The position numbers and the translations under genes are program-made. Of a stretch of 64,000 bases of DNA, positions 1 to 10,171 are shown piece by piece. The notes below the pieces were generated by a model. It made no database searches. It had not been told where the DNA came from and saw only the letters and a list, made by a program, of their open reading frames with translations. Every line of letters starts with the position of its first letter. Positions within the stretch are counted from its first letter, which is position 1. The stretch is from Actinomycetota bacterium. Lineage in GTDB: Bacteria > Actinomycetota > Acidimicrobiia > IMCC26256 > JACDBD01. The DNA lies in the NCBI GenBank assembly GCA_052390575.1, contig JBQTGU010000002.1:108-64107 (forward strand). The letters run 5' to 3'.

Positions 1-1
1 C

Positions 2-205
2 GTCATCGGCACGATCGTCAACGGCGGGCTCACGGTGATCTCGCCCGTGGGCGAGGTCGTGGAGCACGTGCCGTTCGCCGACCTGCTCGTGACCAACGTG
101 TGCTTCGGCGGCGACGACCGGCGCACCGCTTATGTCACCTGCTCGGGCACCGGGAAGCTCGTGTCGGTGCCCTGGCCCCGCCCGGGGCTGGAGCTCGCGT
201 TCTAG
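2..205 (+). CDS. SMP-30/gluconolactonase/LRE-like protein, C-terminal fragment (5' end outside window)
   Basis: Frame open from window edge to TAG 203-205. Translation ...LVTNVCFGGDDRRTAYVTCSGTGKLVSVPW resembles the last propeller blade of SMP-30-type lactonases and the paralog at 591-1418 (SLCFGGDDRRDLYVVT). Confidence 0.6.
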   Translation, partial: VIGTIVNGGLTVISPVGEVVEHVPFADLLVTNVCFGGDDRRTAYVTCSGTGKLVSVPWPRPGLELAF

Positions 206-207
206 CG

Positions 208-579
208 CTACTCGCGAGCAGGGAGCTGCTGCACGGCCCAGCCGTTGCCGTCGGGATCACTGAAGAAGACGAACGACCCCCACGGGAACTCCTGGACCTC
301 GCCGACCTCCACCCCCCGCTCGACCAGCTCGGCACGGGCGGCGTTGATGTCGGAGACGACCATCTGCAGGCCCTGGACCGAGCCCGGCGGAACGTCGCTG
401 ATTCCTTGGCCGAACGCGATCGAGCATGCCGAGCCCGGCGGTGTGAGTTGCACGAACCGCATGTCGTCGCTCACCCGGTGGTCGTGGTCGGCATTGAACC
501 CGACCTTCTCGGTGTAGAAGGCCTTGGCGCGGTCCACGTCGGAGACGGGAACCGCCACGAGTTCGAGCTTCCAGTCCAT
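208..579 (-). CDS. glyoxalase/bleomycin-resistance/VOC family protein
   Basis: 123-aa tail of ORF 208..1053 starting MDWKLELVAVPVSDVDRAKAFYTEKVGF... and ending FFSDPDGNGWAVQQ, a typical VOC fold. ATG at 579 is preceded by AAGGA. The upstream part of the ORF is Arg-rich junk. Confidence 0.75.
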   Translation of the reverse strand: MDWKLELVAVPVSDVDRAKAFYTEKVGFNADHDHRVSDDMRFVQLTPPGSACSIAFGQGISDVPPGSVQGLQMVVSDINAARAELVERGVEVGEVQEFPWGSFVFFSDPDGNGWAVQQLPARE

Positions 580-590
580 GAGGCGTCCTT

Positions 591-1418
591 TCAGATCGTC
601 ACTGGGTGCACGGGCGCGCCGGCGACATCGACTCGCGTGCGGAACACCGAGCCCTTGCGCTTGGGCTCGTCGATGTTGTCGGCCGTCACAACATAGAGGT
701 CGCGCCGGTCGTCGCCGCCGAAGCACAAGCTGGTCACGGCACGAGCGGGAACGTGCACGCCGCGATCGATACGACCGTCGGGTGTGATGCGCATGATGCA
801 ACCCCCGACCGCCGACGCGATCCACACGCATCCGGCTTCGTCCACTGCCATCCCGTCGGGCGCGCCGGGCGGGAACTCGAAATGCCGCGGGTTGCTCGCG
901 CGGTCGTCGCCGAGGTCGTGCACCAGCACCACGTTCGCACGGGTGTCGGAGTGGTAGATGCGATCCTCGGCCGGGGAGAGGGCGATGCCGTTGGCGTGCA
1001 CGACTCCGCCGTAGAGCTCGGTCGCCTCTCCCTCGGCGTCGATCCGCCGGCACTCGCCGGGTACGGGCTCGGCGTCACCGTCGAACACCATGAATCGCAG
1101 CGCGCCGGCGTAGACGCGACCGGCCGAGTCGGTGCAGAGGTCGTTCCATCCCGGGAGGCCCTCGATGCGGTAGAGGACGCGCGTCTTGCCGTCGCGCACA
1201 TGCGAGATGTCGCGGCCCGAGACCACGACGCCGCCGTCGGCATGGAGCGCGATTCCTCCGACGCCGCGGCGCTTGGGGACCACGGTCGTGATCTCGCCGC
1301 CCGGGTCGAGTCGGTACACGCCGCCGCCCAACACATCGCTGAAGAACATGTTCCCGTCGGCGTCGACGGTGGGTCCCTCGACGAGCCCGTATCCCGAGGC
1401 CAACAACTCGAACTGCAC
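591..1418 (-). CDS. SMP-30/gluconolactonase/LRE family protein
   Basis: C-terminal 275 aa of ORF 591..1856: VQFELLASGYGLVEGPTVDADGNMFFSD...GIALSPAEDRIYHSDT...PDGMAVDEAGCVWIA...CFGGDDRRDLYVVT. Start set at in-frame GTG 1418; the ATG near 1503 would run antisense over the start of the neighbouring gene. Confidence 0.7.
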   Translation of the reverse strand: MQFELLASGYGLVEGPTVDADGNMFFSDVLGGGVYRLDPGGEITTVVPKRRGVGGIALHADGGVVVSGRDISHVRDGKTRVLYRIEGLPGWNDLCTDSAGRVYAGALRFMVFDGDAEPVPGECRRIDAEGEATELYGGVVHANGIALSPAEDRIYHSDTRANVVLVHDLGDDRASNPRHFEFPPGAPDGMAVDEAGCVWIASAVGGCIMRITPDGRIDRGVHVPARAVTSLCFGGDDRRDLYVVTADNIDEPKRKGSVFRTRVDVAGAPVHPVTI

Positions 1419-1461
1419 CCGCCGATTATCGTCGGCGACGCAACCCAGAGAAGGAGTGCAG

Positions 1462-2601
1462 GTGGGACCGCTCTCGGGCGTGAGGATGATCGAGATCGCC
1501 GGCATCGGGCCGGGCCCGTTCGCCGCCATGATGCTCGCCGACATGGGCGCCGACGTGATCCGGGTCGACCGGGCCCAGGTGGTCTCCGGCGCGTTCGACG
1601 CGCCCAACAAGGAGGTGCTGAACCGGGGTCGCCGCTCGGTGGGCATCGACCTCAAGGCCGCCGACGGCGTCGAGACGCTCATGCGCCTGGTCGGGCAGGC
1701 CGACGCGCTCATCGAGGGGTTCCGGCCCGGGGTCGCCGAGCGCCTCGGAATCGGGCCCGACGACTGCCACGCCCGCAATCCCAAGCTCGTGTACGGGCGC
1801 ATGACCGGCTGGGGCCAGGAGGGCCCGTACGCCCAGGCCGCCGGCCACGACATCAACTACATCGCCCTCGGCGGCGCGCTGGCCCACTTCGGCCGGGCGG
1901 GCGCCAAGCCCACGCCTCCCATCAACCTGGTGGGCGACTTCGGTGGCGGCGGGATGCTGCTGGCGTTCGGTGTGGCCTGCGGCATCGTCGAGGCCCGGTC
2001 GTCGGGAAAGGGCCAGGTCATCGACGCCGCCATGGTCGACGGCACCGCCATCCTCATGACGATGATGTGGGGGTTGCGCGCCATCGGCTTCTGGGAGGAC
2101 GAGCGCGGCGTGAACGTGCTCGACACCGGCGCGCCGTTCTACGACACCTACGAGACCGCCGACGGCGGGTTCGTCTCGCTGGGTTCTCTCGAACCGCAGT
2201 TCTACGCCGAGATGCTCGAGCGGCTCGGCATCGACGACGGCGAGCTCCCCGCGCAGATGGACCGGAGCGGCTGGCCGAAGCTGCGCGAGCGACTCACGGA
2301 GCTGTTCAAGTCGAAGACCCGCGACGAGTGGTGCGAGATCTTGGAGGGAACGGATGCGTGCTTCGCGCCGGTCCTACCGATGTCCGAGGCGGCCGAGCAC
2401 CCGCACATGAAGGCGCGGGGCACGATCGTCGAGGAGTTCGGGCTGGCCCAGCCGGCGCCGGCGCCGCGCTTCTCCCGAACGCCCGGTTCGATCCAGGGGC
2501 CGCCGGCGTGGCCGGGCCAGCACACCGACGAGGTGCTGGCCGACTGGGGCTTCGATACCGACGAGCTCGCCAAGCTGCGCGACGCCGGCGCGATCAAATA
2601 G
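1462..2601 (+). CDS. CaiB/BaiF family III CoA-transferase (alpha-methylacyl-CoA racemase-like)
   Basis: GPLSGVRMIEIAGIGPGPFAAMMLADMGADVIRVDR... is the characteristic N-terminus of this family. GTG 1462 is preceded by GAAGGAG (1449-1455). Confidence 0.8.
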   Translation: MGPLSGVRMIEIAGIGPGPFAAMMLADMGADVIRVDRAQVVSGAFDAPNKEVLNRGRRSVGIDLKAADGVETLMRLVGQADALIEGFRPGVAERLGIGPDDCHARNPKLVYGRMTGWGQEGPYAQAAGHDINYIALGGALAHFGRAGAKPTPPINLVGDFGGGGMLLAFGVACGIVEARSSGKGQVIDAAMVDGTAILMTMMWGLRAIGFWEDERGVNVLDTGAPFYDTYETADGGFVSLGSLEPQFYAEMLERLGIDDGELPAQMDRSGWPKLRERLTELFKSKTRDEWCEILEGTDACFAPVLPMSEAAEHPHMKARGTIVEEFGLAQPAPAPRFSRTPGSIQGPPAWPGQHTDEVLADWGFDTDELAKLRDAGAIK

Positions 2602-2604
2602 CGC

Positions 2605-3549
2605 TCACAACTTTCGCAACCGGACCGCCCGTACAGAGTGGTCGCCGGACTTCTCGAGGACGAGGTCGGCGCGCTCGCGGGTCGGGAGGATGTGCTCGCG
2701 CAGGTTGCGGCCGTTGATCGTGCGCCAGACGTCGCGGGCGACCGCCACGGCGTCCTCCTCCTCCAGTCCGGCGAAGTGGCGGAAGAACGAGCGCTCGTCC
2801 TGGAACGCCGACTCGCGCAGCGCCAGGAACCGCTCGACGTACCACTGCTCGATGTCCTCTTCGTCGGCGTCGACGTAGATCGAGAAGTCGAAGAAGTCCG
2901 ATACGAACAGCGCCGGTGCCCGGTGCCCGGCGTGGCCGTCGCGGGCCTCGAGCACCGAGAGCCCTTCGAGGATGACGATCTCGGGCCGACGAACCACCTG
3001 CTCCTCGTCCGGGACGATGTCGTAGGTGAGGTGCGAGTACACCGGCGCCACCACCTCGGGCTCACCCGACTTCACGTCGGCGAGAAACCGGACCAGTCGC
3101 CGCAGGTCGTAGCTCTCGGGGAAGCCCTTGCGGTCCATCAGCCCCCGCTCCTCGAGCTCCCGGTTCGGGAACAGGAACCCGTCCGTGGTTACCAGATCGA
3201 CCTGGGGATGGTCGGGCCAGCGACCGAGCAGCGCCTGGAGGATGCGCGCGGTCGTGCTCTTGCCGACCGCCACGCTGCCGGCGACGGCGATCACGTACGG
3301 GACCTTGGCCGCCGGGCTACCGAGGAACGTGTCGGTGACGCGGTGCAGACCCTGGCTCGCCGACACGTACAGGTTGAGCAGCCGCGACAGGGGCAGGTAC
3401 ACGTCGGCGACCTCGTCGAGCGAGATGCGCTCGTTGATCCCGCGCAGGTGGTCGAGATCGGCTTCGCTCAGTGTGAGCGGGGTGGCGGCTCGTAACCGCG
3501 ACCACTCGTCTCGGCTGAACCGCACGTAGGGAGAGAGCGGCCCGCTCAC
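2605..3549 (-). CDS. coaA: type I pantothenate kinase
   Basis: 314-aa ORF with P-loop [21 protein letters not shown] and overall PanK-I layout. GTG start overlaps the purK stop (GTGA, 3546-3549). Confidence 0.85.
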   Translation of the reverse strand: MSGPLSPYVRFSRDEWSRLRAATPLTLSEADLDHLRGINERISLDEVADVYLPLSRLLNLYVSASQGLHRVTDTFLGSPAAKVPYVIAVAGSVAVGKSTTARILQALLGRWPDHPQVDLVTTDGFLFPNRELEERGLMDRKGFPESYDLRRLVRFLADVKSGEPEVVAPVYSHLTYDIVPDEEQVVRRPEIVILEGLSVLEARDGHAGHRAPALFVSDFFDFSIYVDADEEDIEQWYVERFLALRESAFQDERSFFRHFAGLEEEDAVAVARDVWRTINGRNLREHILPTRERADLVLEKSGDHSVRAVRLRKL

Positions 3550-4640
3550 GACGACCCCGGCAGTATCGCCAGCCGGTCGGCGAGGGTGCGCTCGTCGGCC
3601 GCGGTCACGGTGATGTGGCCGACCTTCCGTCCCGGACGCGGCGTCTTGGCGTAGTCGTGGAAGTGCGCCCCGGGGATCGCCAGCACCTCGGCGCGGTCGG
3701 GGAGTGCGCCGATGCAGTTGACCATCGCGCTCACACCCACGGGCGCGGTGGAGCCGAGCGGCCAGTCCAGGATCGCCCGCAGGTGGTTCTCGAACTGGCT
3801 CGTGACCGCCCCCTCGATCGTCCAGTGGCCCGAATTGTGGACGCGCGGCGCGAGCTCGTTCGCCACCAGCTCCGGGCCCACCTGGAACAACTCGATCGCG
3901 AGCACGCCGACGTAGTCGAGCTCGTCCAGAACGCGCCCGGCATACGCCTCGGCGGCCGCCTGCGTCCCGGCGGCCGCGCCCGCCGCGGGCGCGCGACTCG
4001 TCCGCAGGATGCCGTCCCGGTGCTCGTTCTCGACCAGCGGCCAGCAGGCGGTCGCGCCATCCCGTCCCCGCACCGCCAGGATGGACACCTCACGTTCGAA
4101 CGCCACCAGCCGCTCGAGGATGAGCGGTTGTCCTCCGAGCTCGCGCCAGGCGTCGTCGACGTCGCCCGACTCCGCCAGGACCCGTTGGCCCTTGCCGTCG
4201 TACCCGCCCCGCCGCGTCTTGAGCACCGCCGGCAGCCCGACGGCCTGCACCGCCTCGTCGAGCCCGGCACGATCGTCGACCGGAGCGAAGTCGGGTGTCG
4301 CAATCCCGAGCCTCCGGAACAGCTTCTTCTCCGCCAGCCGGTCCTGGGCGACGTCCAGCGCACCCGGGGGTGGCAGCACGGTGGTGCCCCGCGCTGCGAG
4401 AAAGCGCGCCCCGTCGGCGGGCACGCCCTCCCACTCGTACGTCGCGATCGCGGCGCCGTCGGCCACCTGGGCGAGCGCGTCCCGGTCGCCGAGCTCACCG
4501 ACGACGAGCGCCCCGAGCGCACCCGCGGGAGCCTCGGCGATCGGGTCGAGGAAACGGAAACCCAGGCCCAGCGGCACCCCGGCGAGGGCGAGCATGCGCC
4601 CGAGCTGCCCGCCTCCCAGCACCGCGACGACGTCCCCCAC
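3546..4640 (-). CDS. purK: N5-carboxyaminoimidazole ribonucleotide synthase
   Basis: 364-aa ATP-grasp protein with [12 protein letters not shown]-terminus and [17 protein letters not shown] motif typical of PurK. Confidence 0.85.
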   Translation of the reverse strand: MGDVVAVLGGGQLGRMLALAGVPLGLGFRFLDPIAEAPAGALGALVVGELGDRDALAQVADGAAIATYEWEGVPADGARFLAARGTTVLPPPGALDVAQDRLAEKKLFRRLGIATPDFAPVDDRAGLDEAVQAVGLPAVLKTRRGGYDGKGQRVLAESGDVDDAWRELGGQPLILERLVAFEREVSILAVRGRDGATACWPLVENEHRDGILRTSRAPAAGAAAGTQAAAEAYAGRVLDELDYVGVLAIELFQVGPELVANELAPRVHNSGHWTIEGAVTSQFENHLRAILDWPLGSTAPVGVSAMVNCIGALPDRAEVLAIPGAHFHDYAKTPRPGRKVGHITVTAADERTLADRLAILPGSS

Positions 4641-4720
4641 GGGCGTTTTCTAGTCCGGTGCGGGCTCCGACCTCCGGTACCATGGGACCCAGCGACAGCG
4701 CCGTCGCCCCAACCGACCCC

Positions 4721-4749
4721 GGGCGAGGCGCACTTCTCGGGCCTCGCCC
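4721..4749 (+). promoter_or_regulatory. 9-bp perfect hairpin in the gltB leader
   Basis: GGGCGAGGC (4721-4729) pairs with GCCTCGCCC (4741-4749), 11-nt loop. It lies immediately 5' of the GGAG/GAGGAG SD and the GTG 4770 start of gltB. Confidence 0.3.
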
Positions 4750-4769
4750 CCGACTGGAGCGAGGAGAGC

Positions 4770-7700
4770 GTGTCCCACTCCGACCGGCGCTCGCGCCGCG
4801 CTGAACTCGACGCCTGCGGCATCGGCTTCGTGGCCGACGCGCGCGGCGAGGGCGGCCGCGAGATCGTCGATCTGGCGCTCACCGGCCTCGCCTGCGTCCG
4901 GCACCGCCAGGCCATCGCCGCCGACGGTCTCTCGGGCGACGGCGCCGGGATCCTCGCCCCGATTCCGCGCGAGTTCTTTGCCCGCGTGGGTGGGGCCGCG
5001 CTCGACCGTGAGCTCGACGCCGAACGGCTGGGTGTCGTCTCCGCCTTCCTCGATCTCCATGACGACGGCGCCGTGAAGACCGCGCAGGCGGCGGTCGCGG
5101 AAGCGTGCGAGGCCGAGGGCATCGAGCTGGCGGGGTGGCGCGCGGTCCCGATCGACGAGTCCCACATCGGCGCCCAGGCCAAGGCCGACCTCCCCGCGTT
5201 GCTCCAGGCGATCATGCTGCGCCCGGCCGGGACCGACGACGCCGACGCCGAGCGGCGCGCCTACCGGGCGCGGCGACGCGCCGAGGCCCGCTGCCGCGAC
5301 GAGGACGTCCGCCACTATTTCGCGAGCTGGTCGTTCGCGACGGTCAACTACAAGGCGCTCGTGATCAGCGACCGGCTCGCAGGCTTCTATCCCGACCTGG
5401 ACGCGCCCGACTTCGCGGCGCCGTTCGTGATCTTCCACAGCCGGTTCTCGACCAACACCACGCCGGCGTGGGAGCGGGCCCAGCCCTTCCGCAACCTCTG
5501 TCACAACGGCGAGATCAACACGCTGATGGGCAACCAGCACCGCATGGTGGCGCGCGGCCGACTCGGCACCGAGGAGGCCGGGCTCGGCCCCGAGGACCTC
5601 TTCCGTCCCGTGTTCGACCCCGACGACTCCGACTCGGGCAAGCTCGACGCCACCGTCGAGCTGCTCCAACGGGGTGGACGCGATGTGCGTCACGCGGTGG
5701 CGATGCTCGTGCCCGAAGCGTGGGAGGGCCAGCGTGACCTCGCGCCCGGCGTGCGCGACTTCTTCCGTTACCACGCTTGCCTGACCGACCCGTGGGACGG
5801 GCCCGCCGGTCTCGTCTTCACCGACGGGCGTCGAGTCGGCGCCGCCCTCGATCGCAACGGGCTGCGCCCGCTGCGGTGGCAGGTGTGCGAGGACGGGTTG
5901 GTGGTGTGCGCGTCCGAGGTCGGCGCAGTGCCGGTGACGGGGCGGGGGAGCGTCAAGCGGGGGCGGCTCGGGCCCGGTGACATGCTCTCCGTCGATCCCG
6001 ACGACGGCGTGCAGTACGACATCGCGGTGAAGTCCTGGCTGGCGCGGCTGGCGCCATACGCGCAATGGGCCCGGGACGGGCTGCGCCCGTTCAAGATCGG
6101 CAAGGCCGTCGAGCTGATGCCCGACGACGAGGAGCTCCCCCGGCGCCAGGCTGCGTTCGGGGTCACGCGCGAAGAGGTGGCGATGGTGCTCAAGCCCATG
6201 GCCACCGACGCCAAGGAGCCCACCTTCTCCATGGGCGACGACGTGCCGTTCGCGGCGGTGGCCACCCGGCCGCGGCCCCTGTTCCACTACCTCAAGCAGC
6301 GCTTCGCCCAGGTCAGCAACCCACCGATCGACCACCTGCGCGAGCGGCTGGTCATGTCGCTGCGCACCTGCCTCGGGCCCCGCCAGCCGCTGCTGCGCGA
6401 AGACGCGGAGGCGGCGCACCTACTCGAGCTCCCGACCTTCTTCCTCTACCCGTCGGCGCTCGACGCGCTGCTCGATCCCGCCCGCTCGCCGTTCCGGGCG
6501 GCGCGCCTCGACGCCACGTTCCCCGTCGACGACGGGCCCGATGCCCTCGAGCGTGCCCTCGAAGCGCTGACGGCGGCGGCGCTCGAACTCGTGCAGGCGG
6601 GTGTCGGCATCCTCGTGCTGTCGGACGCCGACGTCAGCGCGGACCAGGCGCCGATCCCCTCATTGCTCGCCACCGGCGCAGTGCACCACCGCCTGATCGC
6701 GGAACGCGCCCGTCAGGACGCGTCGATCGTCGTGGACACCGGCGACGCCCGCGACGTGCACGCCCTCGCCTGCCTGCTCGGGTACGGCGCCGACGCGGTG
6801 TGCCCGCGCCTCGCGCTCCAGACGGTGGCGGCTCTCGCCGACGACGGTCAGCTGGGCGAGCTCCACGCTTCGCATGCGCAGAACCAGCTCCAGGCCGCGC
6901 TCGAGGACGGCACGCTCAAGATCTTCTCGAAGATGGGAATCTCGACCGTCGACGGCTACCGCGCCGCCCAGGTCTCCGAGGCCCTCGGCCTCGCGCCCGA
7001 GGTCGTCGACATGTGCCTGCGCGACACCGCGTCGACCGTGGGTGGTGTCGGGTTCGCGGTGCTCGGGGCGGACGCGCTCGCCCGTCACGCCCAGGGGTAC
7101 GCCGATGACGAAGCGAAGCTGGACGAGCCCGGCTGGATCCGGTTCCGCAAGCGCGGCGGGGAGTACCACGCCAACAACCCCGATGTCGTCGACGCGCTCC
7201 AGGCGGCGTCGGGTGTGGTCACGGCGGAGGATGCCGGCGACGAGGACGGGAACGGCGACGCCAAGCCCCGACGTCGGCGGGCGGCCGTCGCCAAGGCCGG
7301 CGATGGCGACGGAACCAACGGAGAGCTCGACGGGCTCGAGCCCGCGCCCCCCGAAGACCAGGGCAAGGTCCTGATCCTCCCCGGCAACGGCGCGGGCAAC
7401 GGCGAGGGCGACGCTCCGCTCCCGACGCCCGACCCGGTCGAGCTGCGCGCCGCCCACCTTCTCCAGCGGGCGGTGGGCGAGGGCCGCAGCGAGCTCTACG
7501 ACAAGTTCCGCGAGCTGGTCGAGTCGCGCCCGGTGACGGAGCTGCGCGACCTGCTCGAGATCGTCCCCGACCATGAGCCGATCCCCGTCGACGAGGTCGA
7601 GGGCCCGTACGAGGTCACCCGACGCTTCTCGACCGGCGCGATGTCGCACGGTGCGCTGTCGAAGGAGGCGCACGAGACGCTGGCGATGGCGATGAACATG

Positions 7701-9497
7701 ATCGGCGGGCGCAGCAACTGCGGCGAGGGCGGCGAGGACCCGTACCGCTTCCGGACCCGCGGGATGGCGCGCGACCGCAACTCGCGTATCAAGCAGATCG
7801 CCTCCGGCCGCTTCGGGGTCACGCCCGAGTACTGCGCGTTCGCCGACGAGCTCAACATCAAGATGGCGCAGGGGTCGAAGCCGGGCGAGGGCGGGCAGCT
7901 CCCCGGCCACAAGGTCAGCAACGAGATCGCCCGGCTCCGGCACACCCAGCCCGGCGTCGGCCTCATCTCCCCGCCCCCCCACCACGACATCTACTCGATC
8001 GAGGACCTCGCCCAGCTCATCTTCGATCTGAAGCAGGTCAACCCCCAGGTCGAGGTGTCGGTCAAGCTCGTGGCCGAGGAGAACGTCGGCACCATCGCCG
8101 CCGGAGTCGTGAAGGCGCTGGCCGAGGTGGTGCAGGTCTCGGGCAACAACGGCGGGACCGGCGCGTCGCCGTTGTCCTCGATCAAGCACGCGGGCATGCC
8201 GTGGGAGCTCGGGATCGCCGACACCCAGCAGGCGCTGATCGAGAACGAGCTGCGCGACCGGGTGCGGGTGCGGGTCGACGGCGGCTTCCGAACCGGGCGC
8301 GACGTGCTCGTGGCCGCGCTGCTCGGCGCCGACGAGTACTCGTTCGGGACCGCGGCGATGATGGCCGAGGGCTGCATCATGGTGCGGGCCTGCCACCGCG
8401 ACACCTGCCCGACCGGCGTCGCGACACAGCGCCCGAACCTGCGGGCGAAGTTCACCGGCACGCCCGAGGGTGTCGCCCAGTACCTGCTGTTCGTGGCGGA
8501 GGAAGTGCGCCGGCTGCTGGCGTCGTTGGGCCTGCGGTCCCTCGACGAGGCGATCGGGCGGGTGGAGCTGCTGCGTCAGCGCACCAGCGGCGACGCCCGC
8601 GCCGACACGATCGACCTCGCGCCGCTGCTCGTGCCGCCGTCCGACCCCGATGCCGTCCGCCACTTCGTGGCCCACGTGCCGATCCAGCGGCCCCGCTCCG
8701 AGCTCGACGAGCGGTTGCTCGCCGACGGGTTCGCCGCCCTCTGGGAGGGTGGCGAGACCGAGCTCGAGTACGAGATCACCAACGCCGACCGCACGGTCGG
8801 GGCGTCGCTCGGCGGCGCCATCGGGCTCGAATGGGGCAACGGTCTCCCGCCGGGGTCGGTGATGGCCCGGTTCACCGGCGCCGCCGGCCAGAGCTTCGGG
8901 GCGTTCCTCGCCGACGGCGTCACGCTCGAGCTCGTCGGCGAAGCCAACGACTATCTCGGCAAGGGTCAGGGCGGCGGCCGCATCGTCGTGCGCCCGCCCG
9001 CGGGCGACGCCGGCGACCCTGTTCTCGCCGGGAACACCGTGATGTACGGCGCCACCGCCGGGCAGGTGTTCCTCGCCGGCACCGTCGGGGAGCGCTTCGC
9101 CGTCCGCAACAGCGGCGCCACCGCGGTCGTCGAGGGCGCCGGCGACCACGCCTGCGAGTACATGACCGGCGGCACCTGCGTGATCCTCGGCCCGTTCGGC
9201 TACAACCTCGGGGCCGGCATGACCGGCGGCCAGGCGTACGTCTACGACCCGGAGGGCCTGCTCGCGTCGCGCCTCAACCCGCAGCTCGTGGAAGCGACCA
9301 AGGTCGGCGACGACGCCCAGGCGGCCGAGTTGCTGTTCCTGGTCGAGCGCCACCGGGAGCTCACCGGCTCGCCCCTCGCCGGCGGCATGCTCGCTGACTG
9401 GGAAGCCACCGTGCGTTGCTTCTGGAGGGTCGCGCCCGTCGACGAAATTGCCCGGATCGAACGCGCCAACGAAGGGTTGTTGGGCGCGCCGCGCTAG
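4770..9497 (+). CDS. gltB: glutamate synthase large subunit
   Basis: Homologous part of ORF 3615..9497 begins near ELDACGIGFVADARG (Ntn amidotransferase Cys), followed by central, FMN (GEGGEDP...KMAQGSKPGEGGQLPG) and GXGXG C-terminal domains. Start set at GTG 4770; the first 385 codons of the ORF are antisense to purK. Confidence 0.9.
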   Translation: MSHSDRRSRRAELDACGIGFVADARGEGGREIVDLALTGLACVRHRQAIAADGLSGDGAGILAPIPREFFARVGGAALDRELDAERLGVVSAFLDLHDDGAVKTAQAAVAEACEAEGIELAGWRAVPIDESHIGAQAKADLPALLQAIMLRPAGTDDADAERRAYRARRRAEARCRDEDVRHYFASWSFATVNYKALVISDRLAGFYPDLDAPDFAAPFVIFHSRFSTNTTPAWERAQPFRNLCHNGEINTLMGNQHRMVARGRLGTEEAGLGPEDLFRPVFDPDDSDSGKLDATVELLQRGGRDVRHAVAMLVPEAWEGQRDLAPGVRDFFRYHACLTDPWDGPAGLVFTDGRRVGAALDRNGLRPLRWQVCEDGLVVCASEVGAVPVTGRGSVKRGRLGPGDMLSVDPDDGVQYDIAVKSWLARLAPYAQWARDGLRPFKIGKAVELMPDDEELPRRQAAFGVTREEVAMVLKPMATDAKEPTFSMGDDVPFAAVATRPRPLFHYLKQRFAQVSNPPIDHLRERLVMSLRTCLGPRQPLLREDAEAAHLLELPTFFLYPSALDALLDPARSPFRAARLDATFPVDDGPDALERALEALTAAALELVQAGVGILVLSDADVSADQAPIPSLLATGAVHHRLIAERARQDASIVVDTGDARDVHALACLLGYGADAVCPRLALQTVAALADDGQLGELHASHAQNQLQAALEDGTLKIFSKMGISTVDGYRAAQVSEALGLAPEVVDMCLRDTASTVGGVGFAVLGADALARHAQGYADDEAKLDEPGWIRFRKRGGEYHANNPDVVDALQAASGVVTAEDAGDEDGNGDAKPRRRRAAVAKAGDGDGTNGELDGLEPAPPEDQGKVLILPGNGAGNGEGDAPLPTPDPVELRAAHLLQRAVGEGRSELYDKFRELVESRPVTELRDLLEIVPDHEPIPVDEVEGPYEVTRRFSTGAMSHGALSKEAHETLAMAMNMIGGRSNCGEGGEDPYRFRTRGMARDRNSRIKQIASGRFGVTPEYCAFADELNIKMAQGSKPGEGGQLPGHKVSNEIARLRHTQPGVGLISPPPHHDIYSIEDLAQLIFDLKQVNPQVEVSVKLVAEENVGTIAAGVVKALAEVVQVSGNNGGTGASPLSSIKHAGMPWELGIADTQQALIENELRDRVRVRVDGGFRTGRDVLVAALLGADEYSFGTAAMMAEGCIMVRACHRDTCPTGVATQRPNLRAKFTGTPEGVAQYLLFVAEEVRRLLASLGLRSLDEAIGRVELLRQRTSGDARADTIDLAPLLVPPSDPDAVRHFVAHVPIQRPRSELDERLLADGFAALWEGGETELEYEITNADRTVGASLGGAIGLEWGNGLPPGSVMARFTGAAGQSFGAFLADGVTLELVGEANDYLGKGQGGGRIVVRPPAGDAGDPVLAGNTVMYGATAGQVFLAGTVGERFAVRNSGATAVVEGAGDHACEYMTGGTCVILGPFGYNLGAGMTGGQAYVYDPEGLLASRLNPQLVEATKVGDDAQAAELLFLVERHRELTGSPLAGGMLADWEATVRCFWRVAPVDEIARIERANEGLLGAPR

Positions 9498-10069
9498 GCG
9501 GGAGCCGCCGGCGCGGTGGGCACGACGAGAGCCGGTCGGCTGTCATAACCCAAGATCCGGGCGACGAACGTGTACCGCAACGACTCGCGCGTCTTCTGAT
9601 ACCGCTGGGCGGCGTCGTTGTAGGCGCGCACGGCATCGGCGGGAGGGAGTGTCTGCCCCAGTGCGGTCACCGCGGCGACCAGGGTCGGGACCGTACTGAG
9701 CCGGGCCGAGTTGGTGACGGTCGACGCGGCGCGAGCCGCGAGTGCCTCGAGCCGGTTCGACGCGGCGGCCGCGGCGCCCACGTCGACATCGTCGTCCGGG
9801 GAGCGGCGCAGGTCCTCCCAGCGGTCGAGCTCACGGTCGAGCTCGCGGCTGACGTCGCGCTTGCCCGCGCCCGCGACGTCGAGCTCGGAAAGGACGACTA
9901 CGAGCTGGTCGTAGCGCATTCCCAACGGAACCCGCAGCGGAGTCCAGTTGTCGTCGACTCGGCTGCGATCGTCCTCCAACCGCGGGCGGCCCGTGAGCAC
10001 GAGCGCGACCGTCCCGATGAGGAGGAGGACGAGCGCGAGAATCCCCAGGCGGCGGACACGCCGTGACAT
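9494..10069 (-). CDS. LemA-like membrane-anchored protein (divergent)
   Basis: 191 aa with N-terminal TM (LGILALVLLLIGTVALVL), helical body and C-terminal AVRAYNDAAQRYQKTRESL..FVARILGY, resembling the LemA YN..V..YN motif. Stop overlaps the gltB stop (CTAG 9494-9497). Confidence 0.5.
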   Translation of the reverse strand: MSRRVRRLGILALVLLLIGTVALVLTGRPRLEDDRSRVDDNWTPLRVPLGMRYDQLVVVLSELDVAGAGKRDVSRELDRELDRWEDLRRSPDDDVDVGAAAAASNRLEALAARAASTVTNSARLSTVPTLVAAVTALGQTLPPADAVRAYNDAAQRYQKTRESLRYTFVARILGYDSRPALVVPTAPAAPA

Positions 10070-10118
10070 CGGCGTGACCCTATCGACCGCATTGGCCAGC
10101 AGGGTCGACGATCAGTAG

Positions 10119-10147
10119 TTGACGCCCACCCCGCGCGGGCGTAGAAA
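10119..10147 (+). promoter_or_regulatory. candidate sigma70-type promoter for 10172 operon
   Basis: TTGACG (10119-10124), 17-nt spacer, TAGAAA (10142-10147), about 25 nt upstream of ATG 10172. Sequence pattern only. Confidence 0.3.
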
Positions 10148-10171
10148 CAGGCCCTCACAGGGGGTGGGCGA

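Noticed and set aside
2-1418. The two SMP-30-type lactonase genes plus the aldonolactone oxidase at 14543 as an ascorbate-like biosynthetic cluster.
   Set aside because: The genes are 13 kb apart and separated by unrelated housekeeping genes, so there is no operon-level evidence. The similarity in function may be coincidental.
3615-4769. N-terminal 385 codons of the 1960-aa ORF containing gltB.
   Set aside because: This part is antisense to purK and compositionally junk. GltB homology, including the Ntn Cys in ACGIGF, begins just after GTG 4770.
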